A stretch of DNA of 64,000 nucleotides, taken from the human T2T-CHM13v2.0 reference genome, Homo sapiens. Position 1 is the stretch's first letter. Each line of letters begins with the position of its first letter. The notes beneath the pieces were generated by a model. The model worked only from the letters and a program-made list of their open reading frames with translations, did not search any database and was not told the origin of the DNA. Of the stretch, positions 14,294 to 27,734 are shown in pieces. The position numbers and the translations under genes were made by a program. The stretch is from assembly GCF_009914755.1 (NCBI RefSeq), contig NC_060926.1; one strand, written 5' to 3'.

Positions 14294-16964
14294 TGTGCAG
14301 AAGCATTTTATCTTGATGTAGTCTTATTTGTATATATTTACTTTTGTTGTCTGTGCTTTTAAGTTCTTACTGAAAAAAAATCTTTGACCAGAACCATGTC
14401 CATAAGCATTTCTCCAAAGTTTTTATCTAGTAGTTTCATAGCTTCAAGTCTTACGTTTAAGTCTTTAATGAATTTTGATGTGATTTTTTGGTATATTTTG
14501 AGAAATATGGGCCTAGTTTCATTCTTCTGCATATGGATAGTCAGGTTTCCCAGCATCATGTATGGATTAGATTGCCATTTTTCCAGTGTATGTTGTTTGC
14601 ACCTTTGTTGAAAATGAATTGGCCATAAATACATGGATTTAGTTCTGGAGTCTCTATTTTGTTCCTTTGGTCTATATATCTGCTTTTATAACAGTATCAT
14701 ACTGTTCTGGTTACTATAGCTTTTTAGTGTATTTTGAAGCTAAAATGTGATACCTCCAGCTTTGTTCATTTTTCTCAGGATTGCTTTGGCTATTCTGGGT
14801 CTTTTGCGTTTCTATATGAATTTTCTGTTTGTTTTTTTCTACATTTATTAAGATTGTTATTGGTCTTCTGACAGACACTGCATTGAGTTTGCAGATTGCT
14901 CTGGATAGTGTGAACATTTAAAAAATATTAACTCTTCCAATCCATGAGCATAGGATATCTTTCAATTGTTTCATGTCCTTTTCAATTTTTCATCAGTGTT
15001 CTATAATTTTCATTGTAGAGATCTTTCACATTTTTAGTTGAATAAATTCCTAGGTATTTTTGGTACCTATTGTAAGTGAGATTATTTTCTTGATTCATTT
15101 TGCGGATTGTTGTTGGTGTATAGACATGCTACTGGTTTTTGTATGTTGACTTTGTATCCCACAAATGTACTGAATTCATTTATCAGTTTTAACAGGTTTT
15201 TGGTGGCATCTTTAGATTTTTCTAAATATAGGCTCATGACATCTGTGAACAAGAATAATCTGACTTCCTTTGCAATTTGGATGTCCTTTATTTCCATTGC
15301 TTGCCTATTTTCTCTGGGTAGGCCTGCCAGTACTGTGTTGAACAAAAATGGTGAGAGTGTGCAACCTTCTCTTGTTCCAGAATTTAAAGGAAATAATTTT
15401 AATTTCTTCTCATTTAGTGCATTACTAGCTGTGAGTTCGTCACATATGGCCTTATTATTTTGCGGTACATTCTTACTATGCCGAGTTTGTTGAGAGTTTT
15501 TATCATGAAGGGATGTTAAATTGTATTGAGTGCTTTCTTAGCATATGTTGAAATAATTATATGGTTTTTCTTCTGATTCTGATAATGTGATATATCATGC
15601 TTATTGACTGCATATGCTGTACCATCCTTGTATTCCTGGGATGAATCCCACTTGATCATGATGAATGATATTTTTAACGTTGTGTTGAATTTTGTTTGCT
15701 AATATATTGCTGAGAAATTTTGCTTTTATGTTCATCAGGGATATTTGTAGTTTTCTTTTTTTTTTTAAATTCATCCTTGTCTTGTTTTGGTATCAGAGTA
15801 ATGCTAGCCTCATAGAAAGAACTTCAAAGTAGTCCCTTCTCTTCAATTTTTTGAATAGTTTGAGTAGAATTGGTATTAGTTCTTCTTTAAATGTTAAATA
15901 GAATTAATTAGTAAAATTGTCTGGTCTTTCCCTAGGCTTTTCTTTGATGGGAGATTTTATAACTTCTTCAAACTTATTATAATTATTGGTCTGTTCAGGT
16001 TTTCTATTTCTTTATGGTTCAAACTTGGTAGGTTCTATGTATTCAGGAATTTATCCATTTCTTCTAGGTTTTTCTAATTTGTGGGTGTATAGTTTATAAT
16101 AATCTCTAATGATCTTTGTATATCTGTTGTTTCATTGTAATGTATCCTTTTATATTTCTAATTTTATTTATTTGGGTCTTCTCTCTTTTCTTTGAGTCTA
16201 GCTAATGTTTTGTCAATTTTGTCTCTTTTTAAGGAAACGACTTTTTGTTTTGGTGATCTTTGTATTTTTTAGACTTAATTTTATTCATTTCTGCTCTGAT
16301 CTTTATTCTTTTCTTCCATTAATATTGGGTTTGATTTGTTCTTGCTTTTCTAGTTTTTTGAAGTGCATTATTAGGCTTTTTGTTAGAAGTCTAATTTTTA
16401 ATATAGGCATTTATTGCTTAAACTTCCCTTTTACATCTGTTTTTTCTGTATCCTATAGGTTTCAGTAGCTTTTGTGTCCATTTTCTCTTGTCTCGAGAAA
16501 TTTTTTAAAATATTTTAAAATGTCTTTATTAACCCATTTGTTGTTCAGGAGTAAGTTGTTTAATAACTATGAATTTATACAATTTCTAACTTTTTAAATT
16601 GATTTCCAGTTTTATTTCATTGTTGTCAGAAAAATACATGATATTATTTTGTTTTTTCAAAATTCATTAAGACATGTTTTGAGGACAAACATATGGTCTA
16701 TTCCTGGAAAGGTTTCATCGTGACATGGAGGAAAATGTTTGTTCTGCAGCTATTGGATGGAATGTTCTATAAATGTCTGTTAGGTCCATTTGGTATAGAG
16801 TACAGTAGTATAGAGTCCAATGATTCATTGTTGATTTTCTGTTTAAATGATCTGTCCATTGCTGAAAATGGGATTTTGAAGTTCCCTACTATTATACTGC
16901 AGCCATTTTCTCCCTTTAGGTGTATTAATATTTGTTTTATGTATTTGGGTGTATTGATATCAGG

Positions 16965-16968
16965 TGTA

Positions 16969-17003
<35 letters not shown>
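16965..17003. repeat. (TG)n(TA)n microsatellite within the L1
   Basis: Directly visible. Confidence 0.9.
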
Positions 17004-18395
17004 TTGCAATTGTTACATTCTCTTGCTGTATTGATCTGTTATTATATAATGGCCTTATTTGTCCTTTTTTTAATTCTTGAATTAAAGCCTATTTTATCTG
17101 ATATAAGTATAGCTACTTCTGCTCATTTTGTTTTTCATTTACATGGCTATCTTTTTCCATCTCTTCACTTTCAATCTGTACGTGTCTTCATAGGTGACGT
17201 GAGTTTCTTGAAGAAAGCACATACTTGGGCCTTGCTTTTTTTAAAAATCCCTTCAGCCATCGTCTATCTTTTAATTGAATTATTTATTTCATTTATATCC
17301 AAAGTTATTTTTGATAGGTAAGGATTTACTACTGCCATTGTGTTACTTGTTTTCTGGTTGCTTTGTGGATCCTTTCTTCTTTTTCCCTTTCTTACTGTAT
17401 TCCTTTGTGGTTAAGTAATTTTCTGTAGTAGTATGTTTTGATTACATGCCATTTTTTTGTATCTATTATATATTTTTGCTTCATGGTTATTATATGGTTA
17501 CAAAAAATGTACATAGTTATAACAAGATATTTTAAACTGAAAATAACTTTGATTGCAAAGAAAAGTAACACAAACAAATTCTGTGCTTTAACACTAGTTT
17601 ATCCCCACTTTTTGCCTTTTTGATGTTTTTATTTACATTTTTATATTGCCTATTTCTTAAACAATGTGGTTATTATTGCTTTAAATAATTTTGTATTTTA
17701 GTCTTTATATTTAAGATATAAGTGATTCACTTATCCCAATTACAGTATTAGAGTTTTACAAAGTTATCTGTTTTCTTTCTTTTACCAGTGAGTTTTATAC
17801 CTTCAGATATTTTCTTGTTACACTTCAGTGTTCATTTCTTTCAGAATGACGAACTCACATTAGCATTGCTTGCAAGACAGTGTTGGTGCTGATGAGTTCC
17901 CTCAGCTTTTGTTTTTCTGAGGAAGTTTTTAGCTCTCCTTCATATTTGAAGAATTGGTTTTTTGGGCAGATTATTCTTTGTTGGCAGTTATTTTCCTTAA
18001 GCCCTTTAAATATGGCAATCCTCTCTCTCCTGGTCAGCAAAGTGTCTGGTAAGAAATCCACTGAAAGCCATATTGGTCCTCTGTTGAATGCCATGTTTCT
18101 TTTCTCTTGCCCTTTTGAGTATTCATTCTTTGTCTTCAAATTTTGCTACTTTGATTATGATGTGTCTTGGAGAATTATTCTTTGAGTTGAATTTGATAGA
18201 TGACCTAGGAGATTTCTGTACTTGTATGCTGCTGTATTTCTCTAGATTTGGGAAATTTTCTGCACTATTTCCTTAAATATGCTTTCTAGGCCATTTTTGC
18301 TCTCATCTTCTGTGAAAATTACTATTACACAGAGGTTAATTTGCTTGACAATGTCCCATAATTCTTGTAGGCCTTCACTTTTTAAAATTCTTTTC

Positions 18396-18684
18396 TTTTC
18401 TTTTGATGGAGTCTCTCTCTGTCACCCAGGCTGGAGTGCAGTGGCATGAATGATCTCGGCTCACTGCAACCTCCACCTTCCGGGTTCAAGCAATTCTCTG
18501 CCTCAGCCACCCAAGTAGCTGGGATTACAGGCAGTCTCCACCATGTCTGGCTAATATTTGTATTTTTAGTAGAGACGGGGTTTCACCATCTTGGCCAGGT
18601 TGGTCTTGATCTCCTGACCTCATGATCCACCGCCTTGACCTCCCAAAGTGCTGGGATTACAAGTGTGAGTCACCATGCCCAGCC
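18396..18684 (-). mobile_element. AluS (Sg/Sc-like) inside the L1MA ORF1 region
   Basis: Full Alu; TTCTTTTC repeated on both sides. Confidence 0.9.
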
Positions 18685-19194
18685 TTCTTTTCACTTCTAT
18701 GGTTGATTAATTTTATATGTTCTGATTCAAAGTTGCCAATTCTTTCCTTTGTTTAACCAAGTGTGCTATTGAAGCTTTCTAATGAGTTTTTCAGTTCAGT
18801 TATTTTATTCTTTATTTTTATGGTTTCTATTTGTTTTTTTGAAAATTGTTTATATTTCTTTATCAAAGTTTTCATTTTGCTCCTGAATTGTAGTCTAAAT
18901 TTTATTTTGTTTTCTAACTCTATTTCCTGTGATTTCTCAATCTTCTATAAGAGGATTATTCTGAATTTTCTGTCAGATATTTCATGCATCTTCAATTCTT
19001 CTGGGTCTATTGCTAGAACTTTGCTGGTTTCTTTCAGTGGTATAATATTTCTCTGAGTTTTCATAATCCTTGAATTTTTACATTAATGCCTATGCATTCG
19101 AGGAAAGAGCCACTTTTCTCAGTTTTTGAAAGTGTTCTTGGGTGGTGTTAGAGCTTTACTGCTTAGTATGAGAACTTAAACACTCATCTGTTCT

Positions 19195-19530
19195 TGCTTC
19201 ATGTTATGGGCAGGACTTACAGTGAGTGCTGGAACTAAACCTACTACACTGGAACTAACTTGCTGCCCTGATGTTGTTTTCTAATATGAGGAAGACTTAT
19301 AGTGAACTCTGGAACTTCAATATTTCTCCAGAACAAAATTACTGCGCCTCTGTTGTTTCCCATTCTGGGGAAGACTTAAAGTGAGCACCAGAACCTAAAT
19401 GTCGTCTTAGAACTATATTGCTGCCCTGCCATTGTTTCCAGTCTTGGGAAGACTTAGTGGACACTAGAACTTTATTCTGACCTTTTAGTTGTTTCCAGGC
19501 CTGAGGAAGGCTCCATATGAGCACCTGGGA
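19195..19530 (-). repeat. Degenerate ~79-80 bp tandem repeat (4-5 units) in the L1MA 5' region
   Basis: Core (G/C)A(A/G)GACTTA..GTGA....(A/G)GAACT recurs at ~19211, 19291, 19370 and 19448, with a weaker copy at 19506. Confidence 0.8.
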
Positions 19531-20149
19531 ATTGTGGAAAATCCTATTAGGTATTTTCATGGATTGTGCCCCTGGAGTGCTATAGCACTGGCCAATCTCT
19601 TCAAAGAGTTGTATCTCCATTGATTAGAGTGCAAGTAGCCATCAATATCTTCGTGACAGTCAGTGAGCTCAGCACCCCACTCTTTGTCCCCAATTCACTC
19701 CACTTGGTTCAGCCCTCCTGGCACTTTCAATGGTTCAAATGGAATAGGACTGAAGTAGCCTTCCTGTGAACATTCCAAGAACAGAGGGGAGATTAAACAT
19801 CCACATCTAATTCTCTCCTCTTGCTTAGAAACTATGAGTCTAGGAAAATCTGTGAGTGGAATTATGCTAGTTTCGAGGAAGGGTGACACAGTCTAAAGTA
19901 ACCATTTCTCTTACTTCTCATGGCTTCTCTTGATTCTGTGGGCCCAGTGGGTTTCTTCACTTCTCCCCAAATTCTAGTGAATTCCCGTGGTAGTCTTATC
20001 TTTGAATAGTTTCTAATTGTATTTTTGTAGGACGGAGTGATCCTGGGGTATTTTTTAATCGAAATCTTGCTGACTAACTCCTTGCACTATGCAATTTTTT
20101 ATCTCAGGTCAACTACCAATAACTCAGAAAAGATTTACCTAACATAAGA

Positions 20150-20440
20150 TGTTAATTCAACTATCTAAATGTATTATTACAGCTTCAACGATGTTCACTT
20201 CTTAATATTTATCACCGTTGTAATTTTACATTTTATGAAATTATTTGATAGCTGGCTCTCCCACCAGATTGTGAGCTACACCACAGACATTTTGTTCTTT
20301 GGTTTTCTTTTCTTTTCTTTTTTTGGTGGGAGTTGGTGGGAGGCAAGATGGTGATTTTATCATCCTACAACTAGTGCCTAGTAGAGTACACAATATATAG
20401 GAAAAAAAAAGTATTTATTACCTCATTGACTGAATAATAA
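20150..20440 (+). mobile_element. L2 3' fragment
   Basis: CTCTCCCACCAGATTGTGAGCT...TAGTGCCTAGTAGAGTAC...GACTGAAT. Confidence 0.55.
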
Positions 20441-21448
20441 ATAAGGATTGAAAATCATTACTGATTTTAATTATCTAGGCAGTTGTGTTTAACAATGAAG
20501 AGGACCCAGTCAACATAGCATCCTGCAGTTATTTTAGTATCTCTCCATAAAACATCAGAGAAAAAAAAACAGTGAAATGTAAAGCATATAAACAATAAAA
20601 AGGATTAGTGGTCTAAACAAAAACCAATAATACAACAAGTTAAACACTTACGTAGACCAAAAGTAGAAAAAAACATATACCAGTAATCTTGGCCAATGCT
20701 TTAGACTTACTCCAAGCTTAAAAGAAGATGGAGGTGGGTGGTAAAAGGGAGCTCAAAAGCAACATTTTGGTGGCAATGTCCAAAGCCAAGAGGAAATTTA
20801 TAAAAAACAGGGCAGTAAAGGCCTGTGCAAGAAATATAAAAAGATTGTGATTATTATGTGAGATCAACAGCCTTGAGCATTGGTAGCTTTTAAAGTTTCC
20901 TAAATTAATCTATTGTATTAATATTACCAAGGTTGAGAACTATTGGTCTAACAAAAGTTATTTTTAATATATTTAAGTAAATATGTAACATGTGTAAAAC
21001 ACCTTCTACAAATAGAAACATGGACTCTTCATGCTAACATTTCGGAGAGAAGAAAATGTATAAGTTCATAAAGTGAAAGTATATAAAAATATATTCCAAT
21101 TTACCAGTAATCAGAGAAATGAAAATTAAAACACCGTTGAAATATTCATTTTCAAGGACTCATAAGTAGGAAGAAAAACAGGTTAAAATTGGAAAGCTTG
21201 AAGAAATAGAAATTTTATACATTATTGGTGCTAATGTAATGAAATTATGGGAACCAATGTAGGTTTATATAGTGAAATTGAAATTTTCTTAGAACTTCTC
21301 AGTTTTCTTTCTAAGCATATACTTCAGAGAAGTTCTTATTCATGTACTCAAAGGAGTCATGCTTATTGCATGCAAATTGGACACAGCCTAAATATCTATC
21401 AATAAGGAAATAAATACCTACATAGTCATATATGGATCTGATGGAATA

Positions 21449-22251
21449 CAGGTTCATAGTTTCTTATCTGTATTAGCTTTTGCTGCATAATAATACAGGC
21501 TTAAAATTTAATCATTGAAAACAATGCCTATTTATTTAATTCATGTTTCTGTGGGTAGGCAATTTAAACTGGGTTCACCTGAAAACTTCTTTTGGTCGTG
21601 GCTGGGCTCAACCATGCATCTGCAGGCAGCTGTTGGTATGTGGCCTCATTCACAAGTCTGGAAGTTGGCAGGCTGCTGGCTGGGGAGAGGGAATAGCAGA
21701 GCCTTGTGTCTCTGATCAGCAATCAGGCAAGGCCAGGCTTTTTGTCATGGTGGTAGTCACAGGATTTCTATGAACAGCAACTAATCAAGATCTGATATGG
21801 GGTCACCTTTCAAGCTTCTGCTTGTGATCCATCACTAACCTGCTACTGGCCAAAGCAATCAAATAGCCAATCCAGACTAAAGTTGTGGATAAATACACAC
21901 TACCTTCTCATATGAGAAGTTGCAAATTATTGAGGCTATTTTTTTCAGTCTACCCTTGGGGTTAGAAGTTCCTTCAAATTCAGAAATTTTTCATTGTAGG
22001 AAAGTGATTAACTGTATATATTAAATATTCACTGAGACCTCAAGCAGAATCTGGAATAGCTCTCTATATTCAAGCTCATTAATATACAGTAAAATATATA
22101 GCTATTGATAAAGGTAATAAATTACATCAATGTAAATTCAGGAGTTTTGTTAAAAAATTAGTTTTGTTATCAAATTGACAAACAACACAATAGCAAACTT
22201 TTGGATTTAGAGCTTTTGAGGTGTCAGAATTGTAAGTGATTTTGGACCTTG
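21449..22251 (+). mobile_element. TcMar-Tigger-type MITE split by an MLT1 LTR
   Basis: Left TIR remnant TA|CAGGTTCATAGTTTCTTATC. Body resumes at ~21953 (CCCTTGGGGTTAGA...TCAAATTCAGAAATTTT). Right end AGAGCTTTTGAGGTGTCAGAATTG...TGGACCTTG|TA. Confidence 0.65.
21469..21953 (-). mobile_element. MLT1H/I-like MaLR solo LTR
   Basis: TGTATTAGCTTTGCTGCATAA...TTCTGTGGGTAGGCAATTT...GGCCAAAGCAA...TTTTTCAGTCTAC. Confidence 0.7.
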
Positions 22252-23010
22252 TAAACATGAGTTAAAACTAAATGAAGTTGATCATATATACTAACTTTGA
22301 TAGAGCCGAAAACCATAGTTTAGATGAAAGAAAGCAAGTTGCATAAAGATACTTATCACAGTTTAACATTTATACATAATTTTAAAATCAGAAAAAATAA
22401 TTTATATATATGTGCATTAAAATATAAAAACACAAACTGAAATAATATACACAAATTTCAAGGGAGTACTTAGTCCTGAAAACAAAAACAATGACAGATC
22501 AGGCTGGGGGTAAATAGAAAAGGAAAATTATTTTAAAACAATCTAAGGCAATACAAATAAGTACAGATGGAAGCTTATTATATATTATATCATGTACTAT
22601 ATGATGCGAATCTCAAATCACTAGGGAAAAGTCATACTTTTAAATAAAAGGAATGAGGAATTTGATGGCCATTGGAAAAAAAATTGGAAAGTTGGACCCT
22701 TACCTCATACCACACACTAGAATAAAACCCAAATAAGTCAGAAATTCCAATTGTAATAATCAAGCCAAACAATTACTACAAAAATGGATTATTTTATAGA
22801 CTGAGAGTGGATAAAAGCTTTCTAACTGTGATTAAATTCAGCCATGAGAATTAGAAGAAAGATCTTATATATTGAATGTGTGAGATCTTTAAGACATATT
22901 GCTGGGAGAGAAAGAAAAGTGTAGAATAATATATGTAGCATACTTCCTTTTGGATAACAGAAGAAAAGGAAATAAATAATGAAATCTATAGACCCACATA
23001 ATTCACTTAG

Positions 23011-23404
<394 letters not shown>

Positions 23405-23633
23405 TTAATAGACTATTAAATATAGCTTTGACTACAACCATTTAAATGTTTTTTCAATTAAATAATAAAATTAGTTTAAAAAGAAAACAAACCAAACCCC
23501 ATACTATTGAATACAAGAGGAAGCAAATCACTAGTTTTTATCTCAAATTTACAAATAACAAAGTAGCAAACTTTTGGATTTAGAGCTTTTGAGGTTTCAG
23601 AATTGTGAATAAGTGAATAGTCTATTTACAGTG

Positions 23634-24015
23634 TGATATAGTTAGGATATTTGTCCTTGCCCAGATCTAATGTTGAATGGTAATCCTCTATGCTGGAAGC
23701 CGGGGGCCTCGTGGGAAGTGTTTGGATCATGTGGGCGGATCCCTCATGGCTTGGTGCTGTCTTTGGATAGTGAGTTCTTGTAAGATCTGATAATTTAAAA
23801 GTATGTGGCACCTCCCTCACCACTCTCTCTCTTGCTCCTGCTTTCGCTATGTGATGTGCTTGCTCCCCGCTTGCTTTCTGCGGTGATTGTGAGCTTCCTG
23901 AGCACTCCCCAGAAGCAGATGCTGCTATGCTTCCAATATAACCTGCAGAACCATAAGCCAATTAAACCTCAGTCTCAGGTATTTCTTTACAGCAGTGCAA
24001 GAGTGGCCTAATACA
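23634..24015 (+). mobile_element. MSTB solo LTR
   Basis: TGATATAGTTAGGATATTTGTCC...GGCGGATCCCTCATGGCTTGGTGCTGT...CCAGAAGCAGATGCTG...GGCCTAATACA. Confidence 0.85.
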
Positions 24016-24654
24016 CCACATTTGTAACATAGCCACACAGACAAAAATTTCAAGACTGCACTGTGTGTATTCTTAGAGGAATATATCCTGAAGACATAAA
24101 CAGCAAAGAAATCTTAAACTTCAGACAGTATCTTATTTTTAATATTATGGTTGATATTCTAGAGTAAAACCATTTAATTCATACATTGTAGGCAAATTGC
24201 AGAAATTATCTTGTGATATTTTGGAAACAATGTTTTCAGAGAAAGAGGAAATACATATTAATATACTAGTACACTAATAATATATTAGTGCACTGATATA
24301 TGTTTATACATATATTCTAATATACAAACCACAAAATTCAGAAAAATCATTTTGATGTTTGAAAGTGAATTGGAAATACTAATGTAAACTCATTATTCTA
24401 TTTTTAAAAACATATATTCTAATTTTGTCACTGAAAGGGCCTACAAACAGTAAAGCATCCCTAGGGCCCCAATCTTATTTTTTAAACGTAATATTCCATT
24501 GAAAGCAATTAGAACTCCTTCAAGAAATAGTTGATTCCAGGTCTAGGGAAGGAAATGCACAAGATATACGTAGGATAAATTATGCCAAAAAGCAAGGAAA
24601 TGCTCAAAGAATAAGGGAGTGTATCAAAAGGATATAGAAGTAAGTTTAACTACA

Positions 24655-25225
24655 TGTTAATTGCTTTAAGTGTTGGATCCTGAAAAGACTGCCAGGACTC
24701 CAGTGGCTTCACTCATGGAATAGCTTTCTTATAGGCAAAGGAGGCAGTACAACGACTGCAGGGGAAGGATATGGATTGAAAGGGATATGGAGATCTCAGG
24801 GTTAGGCTTCTTTGATTTTCTACCACTGGGTTGCAGAGGAAGCACTGACAAATCAAGACAAATCTTCAGCTTTGGATCATGGGTGGCATGCTTGTGAAGC
24901 AGCTTGGTAGCAGGAAACCCAGTTCTGCTTGTGAGAAGAATCTCTTATATTAAGCAAGTCTTATAGGTACATTCCAATTCTATAATCAACCTTAACCATC
25001 AAAACCCCTGAGTCTCTAATAAAACCATGTGCAAAACATGAGTCCAATTATCATTGCCAAGTAATGCTGATAGGCAGGTATGTCCTGCAGATCTGTAATT
25101 AAAGGACATCACTTATCTGTAGTTAATGTAATTCACAGATTGGCCAAGGGATTATCATATTCCAGGCTTTTCTGGGGCAAAGCACATGATTAATCCAAAT
25201 CAGCTGAGTAACTCATGCTATGCAA
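24655..25225 (-). mobile_element. Probable old ERVL/ERV1 solo LTR, family uncertain
   Basis: GC-richer block interrupting the L1MC, with LTR-like AGGACTC..GTGG..TCACTCATGG..TAG..TT..TTATAG motifs. Confidence 0.35.
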
Positions 25226-26830
25226 AAGGATTCTCATTAGCTCAAATCAGGGCATTTCAAGCACTAAAAGAAACAGTGATAGGCAACACAGAAAAAGTTT
25301 TTAAAAATTACCCATTACTCAAAATGAAAGTTTTATTCATAATTTATTATTTTTTCAGTTTTTTCTAAATATTTTAATATTAATATTCAAAAACATTTGT
25401 ACACACTAAAGCAATAGTGTAATGAACACCCATACATCCAATTTTTAACAGTTTGCCACATTTGCTTTATTTATATCTATATTTTTTTCTGAAACATTTC
25501 AAAGCAAGTTGTGAACATCACACTTAATTTCTAAAATTACATTTTGCCACTCCTAAAATAAGAACTTACTCTTATATGCTTGTATATCATTATGTCATAT
25601 AAGATAATCTTAATTGATTACAATATCATTTAATTCACAGTTCATATTCAAATTTTCCCATTGCACAAAATAATTTTTATTAATTTTTTCAATAAATCTT
25701 ACTAAGTTTCATGCATTTAATTTGGCCATGATTTTGCTTCCATTTCTATCATTCTAGAATGACTTTTTTTTTCATGACCATAATTTTTTAAGAGAATAGG
25801 TCCGTTCTCTTGCAATTATAACATTATTGGAATCATGTGATTGTTTGCACATGGTTTCATTTAGCTTTCATCTCTAATAATTATATTACATAGGCATTCT
25901 AAGCTAGAATTGAAAGCTTATTTTTTATATGTTTTTGGCAAGAATATTTCATAGGTCATACTGTGTATTTCATATTATATCATATCAGCAGACAATGTTT
26001 AGGTGGCCCCACTATTAGTGGTAACAGATTTGATCACTTGGCTATGATAGTGATAGCCAGATTATCAGTTTTTGGGAAAGATTTTTTTTTTTTGCATTTA
26101 GAACATAATCTACTGGATAATATTCTGCAAATATCCACTTTCACTCAGCCTTTCACCTAATGGTTTTAGGATCCATTAATGATCTTTGTATGAATCAGTT
26201 ATTTCATTGGGTGTTACAAAATTGTGATTTTCTAATTCTGTCATTTTCCCCCCTCATTTTAGCTGACATTGTTACCTGATAGAGTTTGATCATCAGCCAC
26301 TGTGGTGAACTCCAAAGTCTTATGAAAAGGCAGACTAAATAGTTAATTTTGTATCTTTAATTTTCAATTTCAGTGTAAGGAGGTCCTATAATAATCAATC
26401 TCATTCGTGGCATATGAATTTTTTCCTCTTTCTTTTTGATTTTCATTATGGGTTTTTAAGTATCGAGTGTGTAAATATCAATTGTAGATGCTATTTATTT
26501 GATATTTATATTTTACCTAATTTGGCCGGTGACAATTCCAGTAATAATTCCATCTGGGTCCTGGGTCCATTTGGTATAGTATCAGCAGTCTTTGAACTCT
26601 TCCTTGTCTTCTGGCATAACAAGATGTCCTACAATTAAGGTATTTTTTCCCCCTTACATGGAATACTAATTTCTCCAGGAAGCTCTGATTTGTTTTAGTT
26701 AAGAATAATATTTAAAACCAAGATTTATCTACAAGGAGCGCTCATTGCTATTGAGACAACTTCAATTCTTTTTACATTCAGAGACCAGAGCTAGAAAATT
26801 TTTTTAATCAACATCTTATGATCATATTGA

Positions 26831-27223
<393 letters not shown>

Positions 27224-27692
27224 TAATTATTTGTTTTGTTTATTTTACACAGGTAGTATATTTGGAATAGTTTCAAAGTTACCATGGTGATAATATTATT
27301 AGCATTATACCTGCTGAGTTAGATTAAAGACTTCTTTGCTGGTTTTTCTTTTCTTTCTTTTTTTTTTTTTTCAGTCCTTTACATATGTGTCACCAAGAAT
27401 ATACAGAATACAGTATTTAAAAGTCTCTTGAAATAATGTTTCTGAGCTTGCACCTCTGTATTAATGTGTCCAAGTTGATAAGTAGCTAGGATTGTTTATT
27501 TCTACTCATTATTCTAAGTTTTAGCACTTGCTTTTTCATATAACTTTATATTTTTGAGTAGATAAAACATACATATGTGTCAAAATTATATAAAATATTG
27601 TATTTAGGGAAGTCTCTTTTCCTTTTTTATCTTTACCACACAGTTCCTCGTGCCCTCTGTAGTTGTCTATTTTAGCTTCTGGTGTATACTTC

Positions 27693-27694
<2 letters not shown>

Positions 27695-27730
<36 letters not shown>
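27695..27730. repeat. (GT)n microsatellite
   Basis: Directly visible. Confidence 0.95.

Positions 27731-27734
<4 letters not shown>

Larger units (their letters stand above)
13180..20081 (-). mobile_element. Near full-length, decayed L1MA4-like LINE (3'UTR, ORF2, ORF1, 5' region)
   Basis: L1MA-type 3'UTR at ~13190-13450. Minus-strand ORF2 remnants (GTLLHCWQECKL..., LFLFTDVMSLYLE, IIVGNFKIPFSAMDRS) and an ORF1 remnant (LKENNCQQRIICP...KQKLREL). L1M-type 5' end ATCTTGCTGAC near 20065. Confidence 0.88.
21040..22560 (+). mobile_element. L1ME-like 3' region, host of the Tigger-type MITE
   Basis: GTAATCAGAGAAATGAAAATTAAAACA...GGACACAGCCTAAATATCTATCAATAAGG; it resumes after 22255. Confidence 0.55.

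Noticed and set aside
13678-19056. ORFs across the L1MA element
   Set aside because: Fragmented L1 ORF1/ORF2 remnants or antisense T-rich frames with many stops and frameshifts.
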